A stretch of 55,640 nt of DNA from Chiloscyllium plagiosum (taxonomy: Eukaryota): positions 53,379,445-53,435,084 of the forward strand of contig NC_057719.1 of assembly GCF_004010195.1 (NCBI RefSeq), given 5' to 3'. A program made the translations under genes and the position numbers. Within the stretch, counting starts at the first letter, position 1; each line of letters begins with the position of its first letter. The notes under the pieces were generated by a model. That model worked only from the letters and a program-made list of their open reading frames with translations, ran no database searches and was not told the DNA's origin. This document shows positions 12,835-25,167 of the stretch, piece after piece.

Positions 12835-13485
12835 CAGTTGGCTCAAGAGGCAACATTTTCAATACTGAGTCAGAAGGGTTGGCTTAAAAATCCCTTTCCA
12901 GATGCTCGAGTACAATTTACTGCAGTTTAGGTAACGTTTTAAATGCTAGTTTTCGGATGAGATGGTAAGTGAAGGATCTGTGTGGGTAGCAGTAGTAGAG
13001 GGTAAACCACTTGTGTGTCTTCACAAGAAGATTACCTTGCTTTAGCACAAGTCGTTTAATACATATTTGCAACAGGTACAAGTTATATTAATTGGTTAGA
13101 TGCTATTATTAAGGTCAAGAGCGCGAGACAATACATCTGACCCATTTGGGATCTTGAGCTGGATTTCTGATTCTCGGCCCAAGACTGTGACATCATCAAA
13201 TTGCATACATCCGAACACAACCTCAATTCATGCAACATGCATAACTTGCAGGGATATGGAACAAATGCTGGAAAGCGCTGTAGCTTTCTGCATTTCAATG
13301 TTTAGAAAGTTAACAAGATTATTAAGAAAAATACACTAATCTTTATAACATCGATGTGTTTTAGGAGCTTGCTGTGTACAGGTTGGCTGCTGACTATCCA
13401 ACACCACAACAATGGCAATGCTTCAAAAGTATTTCATTAGTTGGAAACTGTTTCTTAAAATTATGGAAGGCACTACATAAATGCA
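12835..13485 (+). mobile_element. DeuSINE (SacSINE-like) remnants: head ~12835-12980 and 3' part ~13360-13485
   Basis: ctgagtcagaaggg..tttcggatgagatg head; gcttgctgtgtacaggttggctgc...cttcaaaagtatttcattagttg...aaggcactacataaatgca tail; intervening sequence not matched. Confidence 0.55.
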
Positions 13486-14139
13486 TTTTTAAATACATTA
13501 TGTGATTAAAAATGTACAAAAGATGAAAAGATGTTTTTTTCTTCTTGACGCACGCAAAGTATATATTGTCTGTCTTTGTGTTGACCATCTCAAATTATAA
13601 ACAGATGTCTTTTCACATCCCCAGCTTTTCTCACTTCTTAACACTTATCTTGTATTGCTATGGAAACCATTTGGCATAGCAGTAGGAATAATACCAAACA
13701 GCAATTTTTTTTCCCCATATTACAGGACAATGCAGATTTTAGTAATTATCCAAAAAAGAGTAATGCAGAGTATGTTAGAACTTGATTGACAAAAATATAC
13801 TGTGTATGAAAATTGAGGTGCATTTTATACTAGTCTAAGAGGGCAGAATCTTATGGATACCACAGTGATCTTCATTGTCAGCTGACTAGATGATCTGACT
13901 AGAGTTTCACATTACCTCTTTTTGGAAAAACTGGCCATATCTTGTGCTAATCAGATACATGAAAGATATGCTGTGGACCTTCCCCTGGGATCAAGTACAA
14001 CAGGGGCTGAAGTCTCACCTTCCAAAGGCTTATGACCAAACAGAGGCCAGAAACTCTATTGAGCTGCAGTGCCATAGGAGAGGTGATGGCTGCTGTTGGT
14101 ATGATACCCATGTAAATTCTGAGAACAACAGGCCAGTGA

Positions 14140-14372
14140 TATAAGAACACAAGAACCATGAGTAGGAGCAGATAATGCAGCCCTTTGAGCCTGCTCTGTC
14201 AATTGACACAGTCATTGCGGATCTCATCTCAGCCTCAATTCAACTCTCCTGCCTGATCTCAGTAAATCCCCTACTAATTTAAAAACTGTCTGTCTTGGGT
14301 CTGTCAAATTTACTCAATGTTCCAGCATCCACTACACTCTGCGGTAGTGAATTTCACAGATTCAGGACCCTT
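14140..14372 (-). mobile_element. CR1 3' end
   Basis: ataagaacacaagaaccatgagtaggagcag...cagccctttgagcctgctctg tail signature. Confidence 0.75.
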
Positions 14373-14719
14373 TCAGGGAAATAATAAATGATCACAGGAA
14401 GTGGCAGGAGTTGAGAGGTAGATGTCAAGAGGAGAGGGGCTGGCAGAGATGTCAGCAAGGGTAACTCTCAGGACCATAGCCCCCCCCTTCTCAATGTCAG
14501 GTGGCCCAACCTGATACTGAGTGCCTTTACACAAGGAAACCTTCCCACCCCTCATTCCATGAACTCACAAGCAACCCCCATAGAACATCTTTAGCTGAAA
14601 AAGAAAGGAGACCAAAAAACCCAGCAAACTATGGACCAGTTAGCTTAGTATCTGTAATTGGAAAAATGGTGGAGTATATTATGAAACATGTAATGGCAGA
14701 ACATTTAGACATACAATAT

Positions 14720-15632
14720 GGACTGGAGTTTCCAGAGAGTGGTGATCTAGTACCATTCTAGCCCTCTTGTAAAGAAAGAAGGTAGCTTCATGTTTCTGGG
14801 AGTTCAGGTCATCCCCAGTCAGGCAGAACTGTACTTCCAATCCCAACATTCATTTATAGTACAGACCATCAGAGGAAGGCAAACCATACCCCATCTCAAA
14901 GCTGTCAGCTGATGTATTTTGAAATGTAATGATCCTGACAGCCACTTTGAGAGCTACTTTCAAAAGCTAAGTATGTAAGATAAGTGTGATGTTAGTGTGT
15001 AGATTAGAGTGGTGCTGGAAAAGCACCACAGCAGGCCATGCAGCATCCCAGGAGCAGGGAAATCGACATTTCGGGAAAAAGCCTTTCATCAGGAATGAGG
15101 CCTGATATTAAGGTGTCAGATGGATAGATGGATGGGTGGGGGTTAACAGTGTCAAGTAGGTAGGGTGCCCGAGTTGGGGGTGGGAGCAAGGTGCCAGCTG
15201 AGAGAGATGCCAGCTCAGGTGGAGGTCGGGTGCTGCGGTGCAAGGTGGCATGGGGGAGTAGCAAAGTATTTCAGGTAGGTTGGAGTGGGCTGGAGAAAAT
15301 GGGTCCAACTGGGGATGAGAAGGGTGAGTGGGACTCTGGCATTTTGACTCCCACAATGTTGGTTGGCAGCAGCAGGCGGTCAGGGGGTTAGATGCAGCAG
15401 AAAGGGGTTGCGAGTTCTTGGCTTGGGGGGGGGGGGGGGGGGGGGTGGGGGTGGGGATAGGGGAGCCTGGAGATCAGATCCCAGGAGGGGAGTGGGTATT
15501 GTATCCTGGTGCAGGATGTTAGGTCCAGGAAGTTTGGGGCTGGAGGGTGGGCGGGGGTGCAGTGTCTGCTGCAATACTCAACTTCTGTCATCACTCCTGC
15601 ATGTATAGTCTGCCCAGTGGAAAATCCATCCC
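14720..15632. mobile_element. Harbinger-like MITE with G-rich core
   Basis: Imperfect TIRs ggactggagtttcc / ggaaaatccatccc (11/14); interrupts a CR1 reading frame exactly at these points. Confidence 0.55.
15001..15100 (-). mobile_element. PLE 3' terminus (family A) with decayed hammerhead
   Basis: Minus strand ctgatgaaaggctttttcccgaaatgtcgatt...tgctgcatggcctgctg..cttttccagcaccactctaatct. Confidence 0.75.
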
Positions 15633-15877
15633 AAAATAATTAGGCAGAAGCAGCCTGGCTTCTTGAAGGGAAAATCATGCCTGACAAATTTACCAGAACT
15701 CTGAGCAAGTAACAAGAGGATAAATAAAGGGGAGGCAGTGTGTGGAACATATTTGAATTTCCAGAAGGCATTTGACAACTTACCACATATTAATACTACT
15801 TAAGAAGACAACAGCTGGGTGTAGGATTTAGCATGGATACGGAAATGTTACATTCAAGAAGATGGAGAGGGGAATAT

Positions 15878-16087
15878 GTTAAAAATCACATAACACCAGG
15901 TTATAGTCTGACAGGTTTATTTAGAAACAGTAGCTTTCGGAGTGCTGCTCCTTCATCAGGTAGCTGTGGAGATGAAGGAGCAGTGCTCTGAAAGCTAGTG
16001 CTTCCAAATAAACTTGTTGGACTATAGCCTAGTGTTGTGATTTTTAAACTTTGTACATCCCAGTCCAATAAAAGCACCTCCAAATCA
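15878..16087. mobile_element. Fold-back PLE terminus (family B)
   Basis: Left arm is reverse complement of right arm; centre ~15960-15970. Confidence 0.8.
15931..15959 (-). ncRNA. Minimal hammerhead motif (family B)
   Basis: Minus: CTGATGA-A-GGAG CAGCA CTCC-GAAA-GCTA; intact core and 4 bp stem II, stem I weakened. Confidence 0.7.
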
Positions 16088-16224
16088 ATTTTGTAATTGT
16101 GAATGGTTATTTTATATTTTCCTGCATGGTGGTCTGACTTGCACACAAAGCAACTTGTGAACAGGCTCAAGAATGGATCTCTTATTGTGTGGAATAACCT
16201 TTTATGTGACACCTAATTAAACGC

Positions 16225-17975
16225 CTTCTGAAAAGTTTTAAAAGTGCTAGCAAGATCTACTGCTTCCACTCTATCAATTCTGCTTGTTACACCCACAAAG
16301 AAGTCTAGCAAATTTGTCATATATGATTTCCCTTTCTTAAGGCCACATTGAATCCATGTGAATTCATTAAACTTTTCCAAATGTCCTGTTACTATTTCTT
16401 CCTTACTAATTGACTCTAATCTGTTTCCAATGAGAGATGTTTGGCTAATTTCTTGCTTTCTGTCTCCCTCCATCCTTGAACAGTCCACTTAAAGCTTCCT
16501 AGAATTCAGTCAGGTCGAAAGTATTTGATCAATGCCTCCGCTGCTCTGCAGCCACTTATTTGAAAGCCCTTGAATGCAGGTCGCCAGGTCCTGGTGACTT
16601 TACTGCATTTAGTCCCATTGCTTGGCAAATACTTCATCTCTTGTGATAGAACTTTTAACAGGTTCTTTCTTACCTTTCATACTTAATTGTCTGTTATCTT
16701 TGGAATGTTTATATAGTGTCCTCCACCATCAAGATAGATGTAAAGTATTGGTTTAAATTAACTGTCATTTACTTGTTCCTCATTATCAATTCTCCAGTTG
16801 CATTCTCCAAGAGTCTCAAGCTCATTTTAGCTACTCCCTTTCTTTTTATATACATGTAGAAGGTCTTGCTTTTTTTCCCCATTTCTTGCTAATTTACTTT
16901 CATGATTTTCTTACTTTAGTTTTACACTCATTAATTGCTGGTTCCTAAAAGTATCCTACTCCTCTAGCCTACCACTATCTTTGTCAAGAAGTGTGGTGCT
17001 GGAAAAGAGCGGCCGGTTAGGCAGCATTCAAGGAACAGGAGAGTCTATGTTTCAAGCATCAGCTCTTCATCAGGAATCTCTTTCTGATGAAGATCTTATG
17101 CTCGAAATGTCGACTCTCCTGCTCCTCGGATGCTGCCTGACCTGCTATGATTTTCCAGCACCACTCTTTTTGACGCTGATGTCCAGCATCTGCAGTCCTC
17201 GCTTTCTCCGACCACTGTCTTTGTATGCCTTATATTTGATCAGATATTCTCTGTGACCATGTTTGTTAACTTTTCTCAGTGAATCTTTTTGGTCAAGAAT
17301 ACATTTTGGCCGAATATTATGAAATGTCTGCTTAGTGTCTGCCACTGATCATGCGTGGACTTTTCCTCTAGTCCATTTTTCCCAGCCCACTTCAGACAAC
17401 CCTTACTTCACAACTCTATAATTACGCTTATTTACATTGAGGACACTGGTTTGACATCCAAAACTGAAATTGAATTTCTACTATTATTGTGATCATTACT
17501 CAGAAGAGGATTCTTACACAAGGTCTCTTACAAATCTATCTTATTACACATTACTAGATCTAATACAGGTTGTTCCTGGGTAAATTCTGCAGCATACTTA
17601 TCTATGAAGCAGTTCCTGGTGCACTATAGAAATTTGTCAATCACTTCTATCAGACTGGACCATCTGATTTGTCCAGTCAATATGCAGAAGTGACAATTGT
17701 CATGCCCTTCTTACAAACTGTTAATTTTCTGATTTATATTTTGTCCTACAGTGAGGCAACTCTTTGGGGTCTTTGGACCATTCCCATGCAGGACTTCCTC
17801 CAATTTGTATTCCTTTTTTCCCCACCCAAACTGATTTCACATCATGATCTTGTGCATCTATAGCACTACTCACCAACTCACTGATATCTTTATTAATAAA
17901 GCAATACCACCTCCTCTTCTTTTTTGTCTATGCACCCAGAATGTTGAATACCCTTGATTATTGAGCTCCCAGTCT
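16225..17975 (-). mobile_element. Degenerate CR1 ORF2 (endonuclease to RT)
   Basis: ORF 16213-16488 (KKGKSYMTNLLDFF..VTSRID..EAVD..FQKAF); antisense PGPGD motif ~16590. Confidence 0.8.
16985..17210. mobile_element. Fold-back PLE terminus (family A) with 14 bp TSD
   Basis: Two hammerhead cores back to back (minus ending 17073, plus 17084-17111); flanks ACCACTaTCTTTGT 16971-16984 and ACCACTgTCTTTGT 17211-17224. Confidence 0.85.
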
Positions 17976-17984
17976 TCAGATTTG

Positions 17985-19150
17985 CCTGTGATACAAAACC
18001 AGATGGGAAGGCAAGTGGTGAGGATGATATAAAAATGTCTTCAAAAGGGAGATGGGCAAGCTAAGCAAAAACTTGGCACTTGGAATGTAAAATGGAAAAA
18101 AAATGAGGTCTGCCCTTGACCAGGAAGAGCAGCTGAATATTATTTAATTGAGAAGTACTGCAGAAAGCTACAATATAGAGGGATCTAGGAGTCCTTGTGC
18201 ATAAATCATAAAAAGCTAGCATATAAATTCAGCAGGTAATAAAAAAGCAAACAGAATATTAGATTTTGTTTCAAAGGGAACAGAATATAAAAATAAGGAG
18301 GTTTTGCTAAAATTATGCAAGGCACTAATTAGCCCACACCTGAAATATGCTGAACAGTTTTGGTCTCCTTATCGATATAGAAAGATATTCCGGCATTGAA
18401 GACATTCCCACAGAAGTTTTTTTTTAAATGATTAGGTTCCCTACAGTGTGGAAACAGGCCCTTTGGCCCAACCAGTTCACAGACCCTCTGAAGAATAACC
18501 CACCCAGACCCATTTCCCTCTGATTAATGCACCTAACAGTATGGGCAATTTAGCATGGCCAATTCACCTGACCAGCACATCTTTGGACTGTGGGAGGAAA
18601 CCGGAGCACCCGGAGGAAACCCACGCAGACACAGGGAAAATGTCTGTGTGGAGTTTGCACAGTTGCCTGAGGCTGGTCATGAGGTTGATCCCTGTTATGG
18701 AGGCATTGCATTATGAGCAAAGGACGAGTAATTCCAACCTGTAGTCAATGGAGTTTGGAAGAATGAGAGGAGATCTTATTGAAGTATGCAAGATTCTCAG
18801 GGAGGTTGATAGGGTAAGTGCATAAACTTTGTTTCCCCTTGTGGGAGAGAGTGTCTAGGACCAGAGGGCATAAGGTCATTGCAAAGGGTTGCCTAGTTAG
18901 GAGAGAGATGAGGAAGTGGTTCTTCTCTCAGAGGCTTGTCAATGTGTTGAATTCTTTAGTCCAGAGAGCTGTTGAGGTTGGGTCATTCAAGTCTGTGATA
19001 GATGTATTTCCAATCAGTAAGTATATCAAAGTTTATGGGAAAGACAAGAATATGAATTTGTTGATTATCAGATCAGCCATGATTTTCACTGACTGGTAGA
19101 GTACTCTCAAGGTGCCAACTCACCAACTTTAGTTCCAATGTTTTATGATT
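17985..19150 (+). mobile_element. CR1 3' portion, split by HE1 SINE
   Basis: LCKALISPHLKYAEQFWSP; RMRGDLIE; SRTRGHKV..RREMRKWFFSQR (ORF 18818). Confidence 0.85.
18432..18676 (-). mobile_element. HE1-type SINE (lacking tRNA head)
   Basis: Colinear with copies at 6316 and 20597. Confidence 0.9.
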
Positions 19151-20596
19151 TTATGGCAAGCTCACTGACTTCCAACACTTGTCAAGAAAGAGGAGATAAT
19201 TCCCAATTCACGTCCTCGATAGATTGTAAAGCCGGAAGATCATCAAAGGTCCTTGCCATTATTGACCTAATTGGATTGGAGGCAGGAATGACTAGCCTTC
19301 TACCTGATTATGTGCTCCAACCACCACCAAACCTGCCATGGGGGAAGGGCACAAGATCACAAGATTCTGCCCAGAATTTTAGCTAATGCCAATTGATACA
19401 TATAGCATATCCAAATTCTCCCATCTCTAGTAAATCTTGATCAATCCCAAAGCTGTACAACAGAGATCAACTGGGCTTTTCACAAGATATTTTTTCTTCA
19501 GTTTCATGGAGTTACTGAGTATTGCCCATAGTCCTCTATTTCAATAAGAAATTATGTTCGAGAAAGTTTGTCAATACTATACCTATTTGACCATCTCCAA
19601 AATAATCAATTTACTGGAGGTTTTTACTACCATTAAGCCATTATCAATAATTACATATTCCTCAATAATGGAGCTACATTTCTGTATTCTGTGTCATATT
19701 GAACATTTTATTTTCAAAGGGATTTGAGTTTGCTCTGAAAGATTGGCTTTAGGACTCTAGATTCATAGCGTTTCCTAATTCTTATGAGTGGAACATTGCT
19801 TCACCTCGAGCAGCCTTGAACAATGTTTACTGCTTGCCTTTCCAAAACTCAAGTTCTCTGCAATTCTGGACATTCGATACAAATCCACTTGTTACTAAAG
19901 ATAGTAGTCAAATTCCAATGACAGTAAGGAACCAAAACAAAATTAAATCCTCAGTGTAAGCGGGGTTAGAAGCTTGGATAAATGGACGACTGAGAACTTG
20001 TAAAATTCATTAATCACTAGTTTTACCACATTCTAATTATGTTTTAACATTGTTATTAATTTCAGTACTACTCAGTGAAAATACAAAATGGCTAACAATT
20101 TGGGAAGCAGTAATTTACAGAAATTTAGAATTGCTCAGACCACATACATTTCCTTGATGTTATGGCTGAGGAACTGCTTCCTGTAAACCATGCAACACAT
20201 TGCTGCCACCACTGAGGAATATGTAATTGCACAAGTTCTGAATTCACATAGTGTGTTTGAACATCATTTCACGCATGAACTTTATCACTTTAAATGGGGC
20301 ACAAATGAGTTGTTAAGATAGGTATTGCAAAACGTATGACATTTGGTATTTGCACTTCAGACGATATGCAGTCAGGTGAAAACCTAATTTAATCTGGGTC
20401 ACTTAAAGCCATCTATGGAATTCACACAAAAATCAAATTGCTGGAGAAACCCAGCAGGTCTAGCAGCATCTGCGAAGACAAAGCAGAGTTAATGTTTCAG
20501 AACTGGAATTCATATATCTCGTTGGTAAAAGATAGGTTAACAGAAAAGGAGTTGGAGTTTCATGTTCCATTCTGGGCAAAATGAAAGACAGAAACA

Positions 20597-20891
20597 GAAT
20601 TAGATTGCCTACAGCTTGGAAACAGGCCCTTTGGCCCAACAAGTCCACACCGACCCTCCAAAGAGTAACCCACCCAAACCCATTTCCCTCTGACTAATGC
20701 ACCTAACACAAGTAATTTAGAATGGCTAAATCACCTGACCTGCACATCTTAGGACTGTGAGAATAAACCCACACAGACACAGGGAGAATGTGCAAACTCC
20801 ACACTCCACAGACAGTTGCCATAGGCTGGAATCTAACCTTGGTCCCTGGTGCTGTGAGGCAGCAGTGCCAACCACTGAGCCATTGTGCCAT
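20597..20891 (-). mobile_element. HE1-type SINE
   Basis: Minus tggcacaatggctcagtggttggcactgctg head; attagattg tail. Confidence 0.9.
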
Positions 20892-22947
20892 CCATTATGA
20901 TGCAAATAAGTTATCACTATCAACTTTATTTTGAATCACAAGTACTTTTATCTTCCATTCAGGACTGGGTGACCCTCAGAATTGTTAACCGACAACCCGG
21001 GATGTGGAAACAACATGAACATCACACCTTATTTGGGAAAGAGCTTAAACTTGAGAAAGATCACCTGGAAACAGATTTTTAAAAATTTGTGTGTTTAAAA
21101 TAACAGCTAAGAGAACCAATAAAACCAGCAGAACCATCAATTTTTAGCCAACTCTTGAAACCAGCTGCTAGGTATCAGGAAACCAAAGTACTTCTTCCAT
21201 TTCCAATGTTCACTTGGAGATATTTGAATAAATGAAATCTCAGACTGCTGTGAGCAATTTTCCTTATAAGACCTGTACTTCAATCTTAAGCCATTAAAAC
21301 CATTCACAAAAGTAGACATTGCTACAAGGGACTGGCATTTACAAATCAGAGACTCTGATACTGTGATCTGTAAAAGTATGCTGACTTAATCTGTATTCAA
21401 TCTAGGTTTGTGCACGGCTGAATCTAAATGTCTCTGTGTGATTGTATTTAACTCATTTAAATGTGTGGCAGCAAATAATCTTTATTTTTGAACTCACAAA
21501 ACCTTGCAGTTGAATTATCAAAATTGGGTATACATGCCAAGCTTTCCCTACACAATGTGTTGACCATGAACAGTATGACAGACCATGCCTTCTCCTTTTG
21601 AAAATAGGGCTTTCTAGTGCAAAAAAAATTGTCAAACCAGTGTAATAAAGTGCATGCTATATGTAAAGCTAATGGGATATTAATGAAGTTCCCTCATTGT
21701 CTAATGTTGTTTTCAAGCAAGGGAGAAATTGTTAATCCCATAGTATACTATGCTTAGCAAATGGTCAGGTTATATGTTTTAGTAGAAATGTCATCAGCAA
21801 ATAATTGCTTGAACCAGTAAGTGCAAACTTCTGTGGTATTGTCATAGTTAGTCTGAGTCAGCCACATTGTGTGGAATTCTTCACGTATTGTCGACATTTC
21901 TTATTGAAGCTCAGATCTCAGGCCACAAAATAACAAGGCAAAACACCTTCAGCAAGAACACATTCATTGAAAACACTACTGATGAATAATTTTCTGTAAA
22001 CAGCTAATGAAATACATTTTGACAAAGTCAGCAGTACCCTTACAACACGATCATTACTTTTAACACAATGGCAGCACATAATCTAATCAAAATTCCAAAG
22101 ATGTTGCTATAAAGGGGGCTTCAAAAATAGAATAGTACACAATGTTAGAAACAAGACTTAGTAAATCAGAAAGAAAATATTTTGCTACAGTAGCGTGAAC
22201 AATTAAGAAAATGGTAGAGGATGCTAATAACAACAAGGACTAAAAAGGTATTTACACTAATACAAGAAGCAGCCAGAATAATATTGAGGAATGAAAAGCA
22301 ATTAAAAATTATGAATTTTTTTCTCAAAAACATAGTTTAAGAATTCCACACCCCACCCCTCGAGGTAGTGAGAATAAAGGTGAATGTTATGTCGGAAATC
22401 GGCAAGAGTCAAAAAAAGGAATTTCTCACCATTAAGATAAACTCTGGCAATGACATTCTCCCTTCTTTAGGTAGAGAGATTAAAATCATCATCAGGTGGT
22501 GAGAAGGCTATTAGTACCCATTTATATTCATTAATTTCATAACTTGCTCTTTTTTTACTTGCCTTCCAATTAATTTCACCCCACAAGAGAAACGCAATGG
22601 CTCAAAAACGTAACACTAAAAACCGAGGAGCTATCTTGGAGTCTGAATTCAAGTTAAACCCTCAGTCAAGTCCGGTTGAGCTGAACTGTGTTGGCAATCT
22701 TCCTTTCCCTCACTTCCCTCCCTGGTCATTGGCAATGGCCTTCCCGGATCCTCCATAAATACAAAGAGGTGATGGCAATGCAGCAGCTTCAGAAAGTGAA
22801 GTTTCTTGTCATTGGCCAGACTCACTTCTTGACTTAGAGTTGGCATTAACAGATGTGGTCAGCTACAGATCTCCTGGCTTTTATCTGTTACTTAAGCATA
22901 GATGGACAATGAATATGCTAGCTGCTGCTCATTGCTTTGGCTCAGAT

Positions 22948-23110
22948 GAAGTTAAAAATCACACGACACCAGGTTATAGTCCAACAGGTTCATTTGGAAG
23001 TACAAGCTTTTGGAGCGCTGCTCCTTAATCAGGTAGCTAGCGTTTTGGACTATAACCTGTTGTGATTTTTGACTTTGTCCACCCCAGTCCAACACCAGCA
23101 CCTACTCATC
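22948..23110. mobile_element. Fold-back PLE terminus (family B)
   Basis: aaaaatcacacgacaccaggttatagtccaa / ttggactataacctgttgtgattttt inverted arms. Confidence 0.8.
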
Positions 23111-23448
23111 TTCCACATGTGGAAGCTTTGGAAAGAGTCCAGAGGAGATTTATTAGGATGTTGCTTGGTATGGAGGGAAGGTCTTACGAGGAAAGGCGAG
23201 GGACTTGAAACGATTTTTGTTAGAGGGAAGAAGGTTGAGAGGTGACCGAATTGAGACATATCCCATAATTAGAGGTTTAGATAGAGCGCTTTTTTCCTCT
23301 GATGATGATGGATGGCACAAGGGAACATAGCTTTAAATTGAAGGGTGATAGATATTGGACAGATGTCAGAGGTCGTTTCTTTACTCAGACGGTAGTAGGG
23401 GTGTGGAACGCACTGCCTGCAATAGTAGTGGACTCGCCAACTTTAAGG

Positions 23449-23638
23449 CAGTGAGCCTGGAGAGATAAGCTAGGGGAGGGTGGGGGTGGGGAGAAGGCTC
23501 ACTGCCTTTATTCCTGATGAAAGGCTTTTGCCCGAAACGTCAATTTCGAAGCTCCTTGGATGCTGCCTGAACTGCTGTGTTCTTCCAGCACCACTAATCC
23601 AGAATTTGTTTTACAGCATCTGCAGTCATTGTTTTTAC
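23449..23638 (+). mobile_element. PLE 3' terminus (family A) with short inverted 5' piece and 16 bp TSD
   Basis: CTCGCCAACTTTAAGG at 23433-23448 and 23639-23654; internal inverted aaggcagtgagcct / aggctcactgcctt. Confidence 0.85.
23514..23541 (+). ncRNA. Minimal hammerhead motif (family A)
   Basis: CTGATGA-A-aGGC TTTT GCCc-GAAA-CGTC: palindromic ACGT and GTC cleavage triplet intact; base pair of stem II mismatched. Confidence 0.7.
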
Positions 23639-23730
23639 CTCGCCAACTTTAAGGGCATTTAAATGGTCATTGGATAGGCAAATGGACAGGAATGGAATAG
23701 TGTAGGTTAGATGGGCTTCAGATTGTTGTG

Positions 23731-23847
23731 GAGAAAGTGAGGGCTGCAGATTCTGGAGATCAGAGCTGTGTGTTGCTGGAAAAGCGCAGGTCAGGCAGCA
23801 TCCAAGGAGCAGGAGAATCGACATTTCAGGCATAAGCCCTTCTTCAG
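23731..23847 (-). mobile_element. PLE 3' terminus (family A) with 15 bp TSD
   Basis: CTTCAGATTGTTGTG at 23716-23730 and 23842-23856; minus core ctgaagaagggcttatgcctgaaatgtc. Confidence 0.85.
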
Positions 23848-24299
23848 ATTGTTGTGTCAACCTGTGAAACCATTGAGGGCCAAAGGGCCTGTACTGCAAT
23901 GTTCTATGCTCTATCTTGGTTCAGATGGACAGCCACAAAGTGAGTACTGAAGGAGGAAGAGGATGCTTAGGGCTCTAGGAAATACTAAAATGTACATGCA
24001 GTTGGGTGGGACTTGATCGTGCATACAAAGGGACTGCACATCTGGAATTGGGAGGGGGTAGGGGCCAAGGCAAGTCATGGTCACTCTGGCCTCAGAATGG
24101 GCAGGTGCAGTGCCAATAAGGACATATGGCTGCTGAGGAGACTGACTCCAGAAGTAAAGAGGGCACAAAATACCAAAAAGAGCGATGGGAAAAGAGCAGA
24201 ATGAAGAATCATTGGTACCAAAGATGATAGTGAAATAGAGAATGGAGAGGGGGTAAATCAAGGGGTTTGGGTGGAGACTGCAAGTCACTTAGGCAAACA

Positions 24300-25167
24300 C
24301 AAGTTGGAACCTGACCAAATTGATCAGAAAAATTAATGGAATAAATCAGTTCTAAAATTGAAATGAAATCTGTATAAATTGGGAGGCGTGGAGTGTTTGA
24401 TACCAGAGTTCTGTTTTGAGGTTTTCGCTTCCAGCAATGAGAGAGCAATCAGCTGAGTTTTGTTTTTAAAAAAGCAAAGCTGATTGGTTCTCCGGTAACA
24501 GAGCAGGTTAGAACTGGAAACAAATTACAGAAACAGAGAGAGCGCGCGAGAAAGACACAGAAGAATGTGCTGTTGTTCTCGACAGCAGAATCTACCTTTT
24601 TTCTGCAGTAAAATAAAAGCTGGACTTTGACAATACCAGTTCCCTTTCCTGCAGCTGTTTGCATGAGCTGTGACTTCTGAATTAATAATTCAGACATTTT
24701 ACAAGTGAACTTTTTTCAAGTACAGTGAAGTTTGTACTTCTAACAAGCCAATGGAAATTTCCAGAAAATGTCAGCTGAAGAGTCCAGTTATCAAAAGATC
24801 ATCTCAACATCAAAACCAGAAGGAAAATCCACCAAACTGCATTCTCAATTTTTTTTTCCTCAATCTCTGCCAATAATCTACTTTGCTTACTTGTTTGTCT
24901 GTACATGTGTGTAAGGAAGTGTTTGAGGGGATTAGAATTTTTCTTGGTAACGTTTGTGTGTGAATAGTTTATGTCTGTTTAATTGTAGCTACAGTCCAAT
25001 TACTTACGATAAATAATTTTGTTTATACAGAAACCTGTACATCACTGGTTTGAAAGTCTGGTAAATTGTAGTACTGCGTATACCTTACAATATGATTCTA
25101 TCACTTGGTAGGACTTTGGGAATAGTAGAGCTCAACTCAAAGTGCACTATCACTGTTGGTTGTAACA
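24300..25167 (+). mobile_element. Probable Gypsy-type solo LTR (left boundary uncertain)
   Basis: Ends ggttgTAACA, like the ..TAACA end of the LTR at 47912; abuts Harbinger transposase sequence; no 5' TG terminus or TSD resolved. Confidence 0.45.

Larger units (their letters stand above)
14590..15870 (+). mobile_element. CR1 RT fragment split by a MITE
   Basis: PANYGPVSLVSVIGKMVE..K..MAEHL before 14720 resumes after 15632 with Q.QPGFLKGKSCLTNL and YLNFQKAFD. Confidence 0.8.
13841..19372. mobile_element. Non-autonomous PIF/Harbinger-type DNA transposon inflated by nested insertions
   Basis: Perfect 12 bp TIRs GGGCAGAATCTT (13841-13852) / AAGATTCTGCCC (19361-19372) flanked on both sides by AGA; non-LINE pieces ~13841-14140, ~14373-14580, ~19150-19372. 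Confidence 0.65.
23115..23915 (+). mobile_element. CR1 3' end carrying two PLE insertions
   Basis: EALERVQRRFIRML; ends tgttctatgctctat. Confidence 0.85.

Noticed and set aside
13077..13140. Possible exon after ttgcaacag reading TSYINWLDAIIK(VKSARQYI*)
   Set aside because: No recognisable protein, weak polypyrimidine tract and donor, no partner exons
15328..15608. Gly/Pro-rich ORFs
   Set aside because: Artefacts of the poly-G tract
20150..20183. Possible 33 nt minus-strand microexon (tttacag|GAAGCAG...GAAAT|gtatgt)
   Set aside because: Splice-like ends occur by chance; peptide unrecognised
21137..21367. Minus-strand open frame after ttttacag
   Set aside because: No recognisable domain; region may be a decayed LTR, unsupported either way
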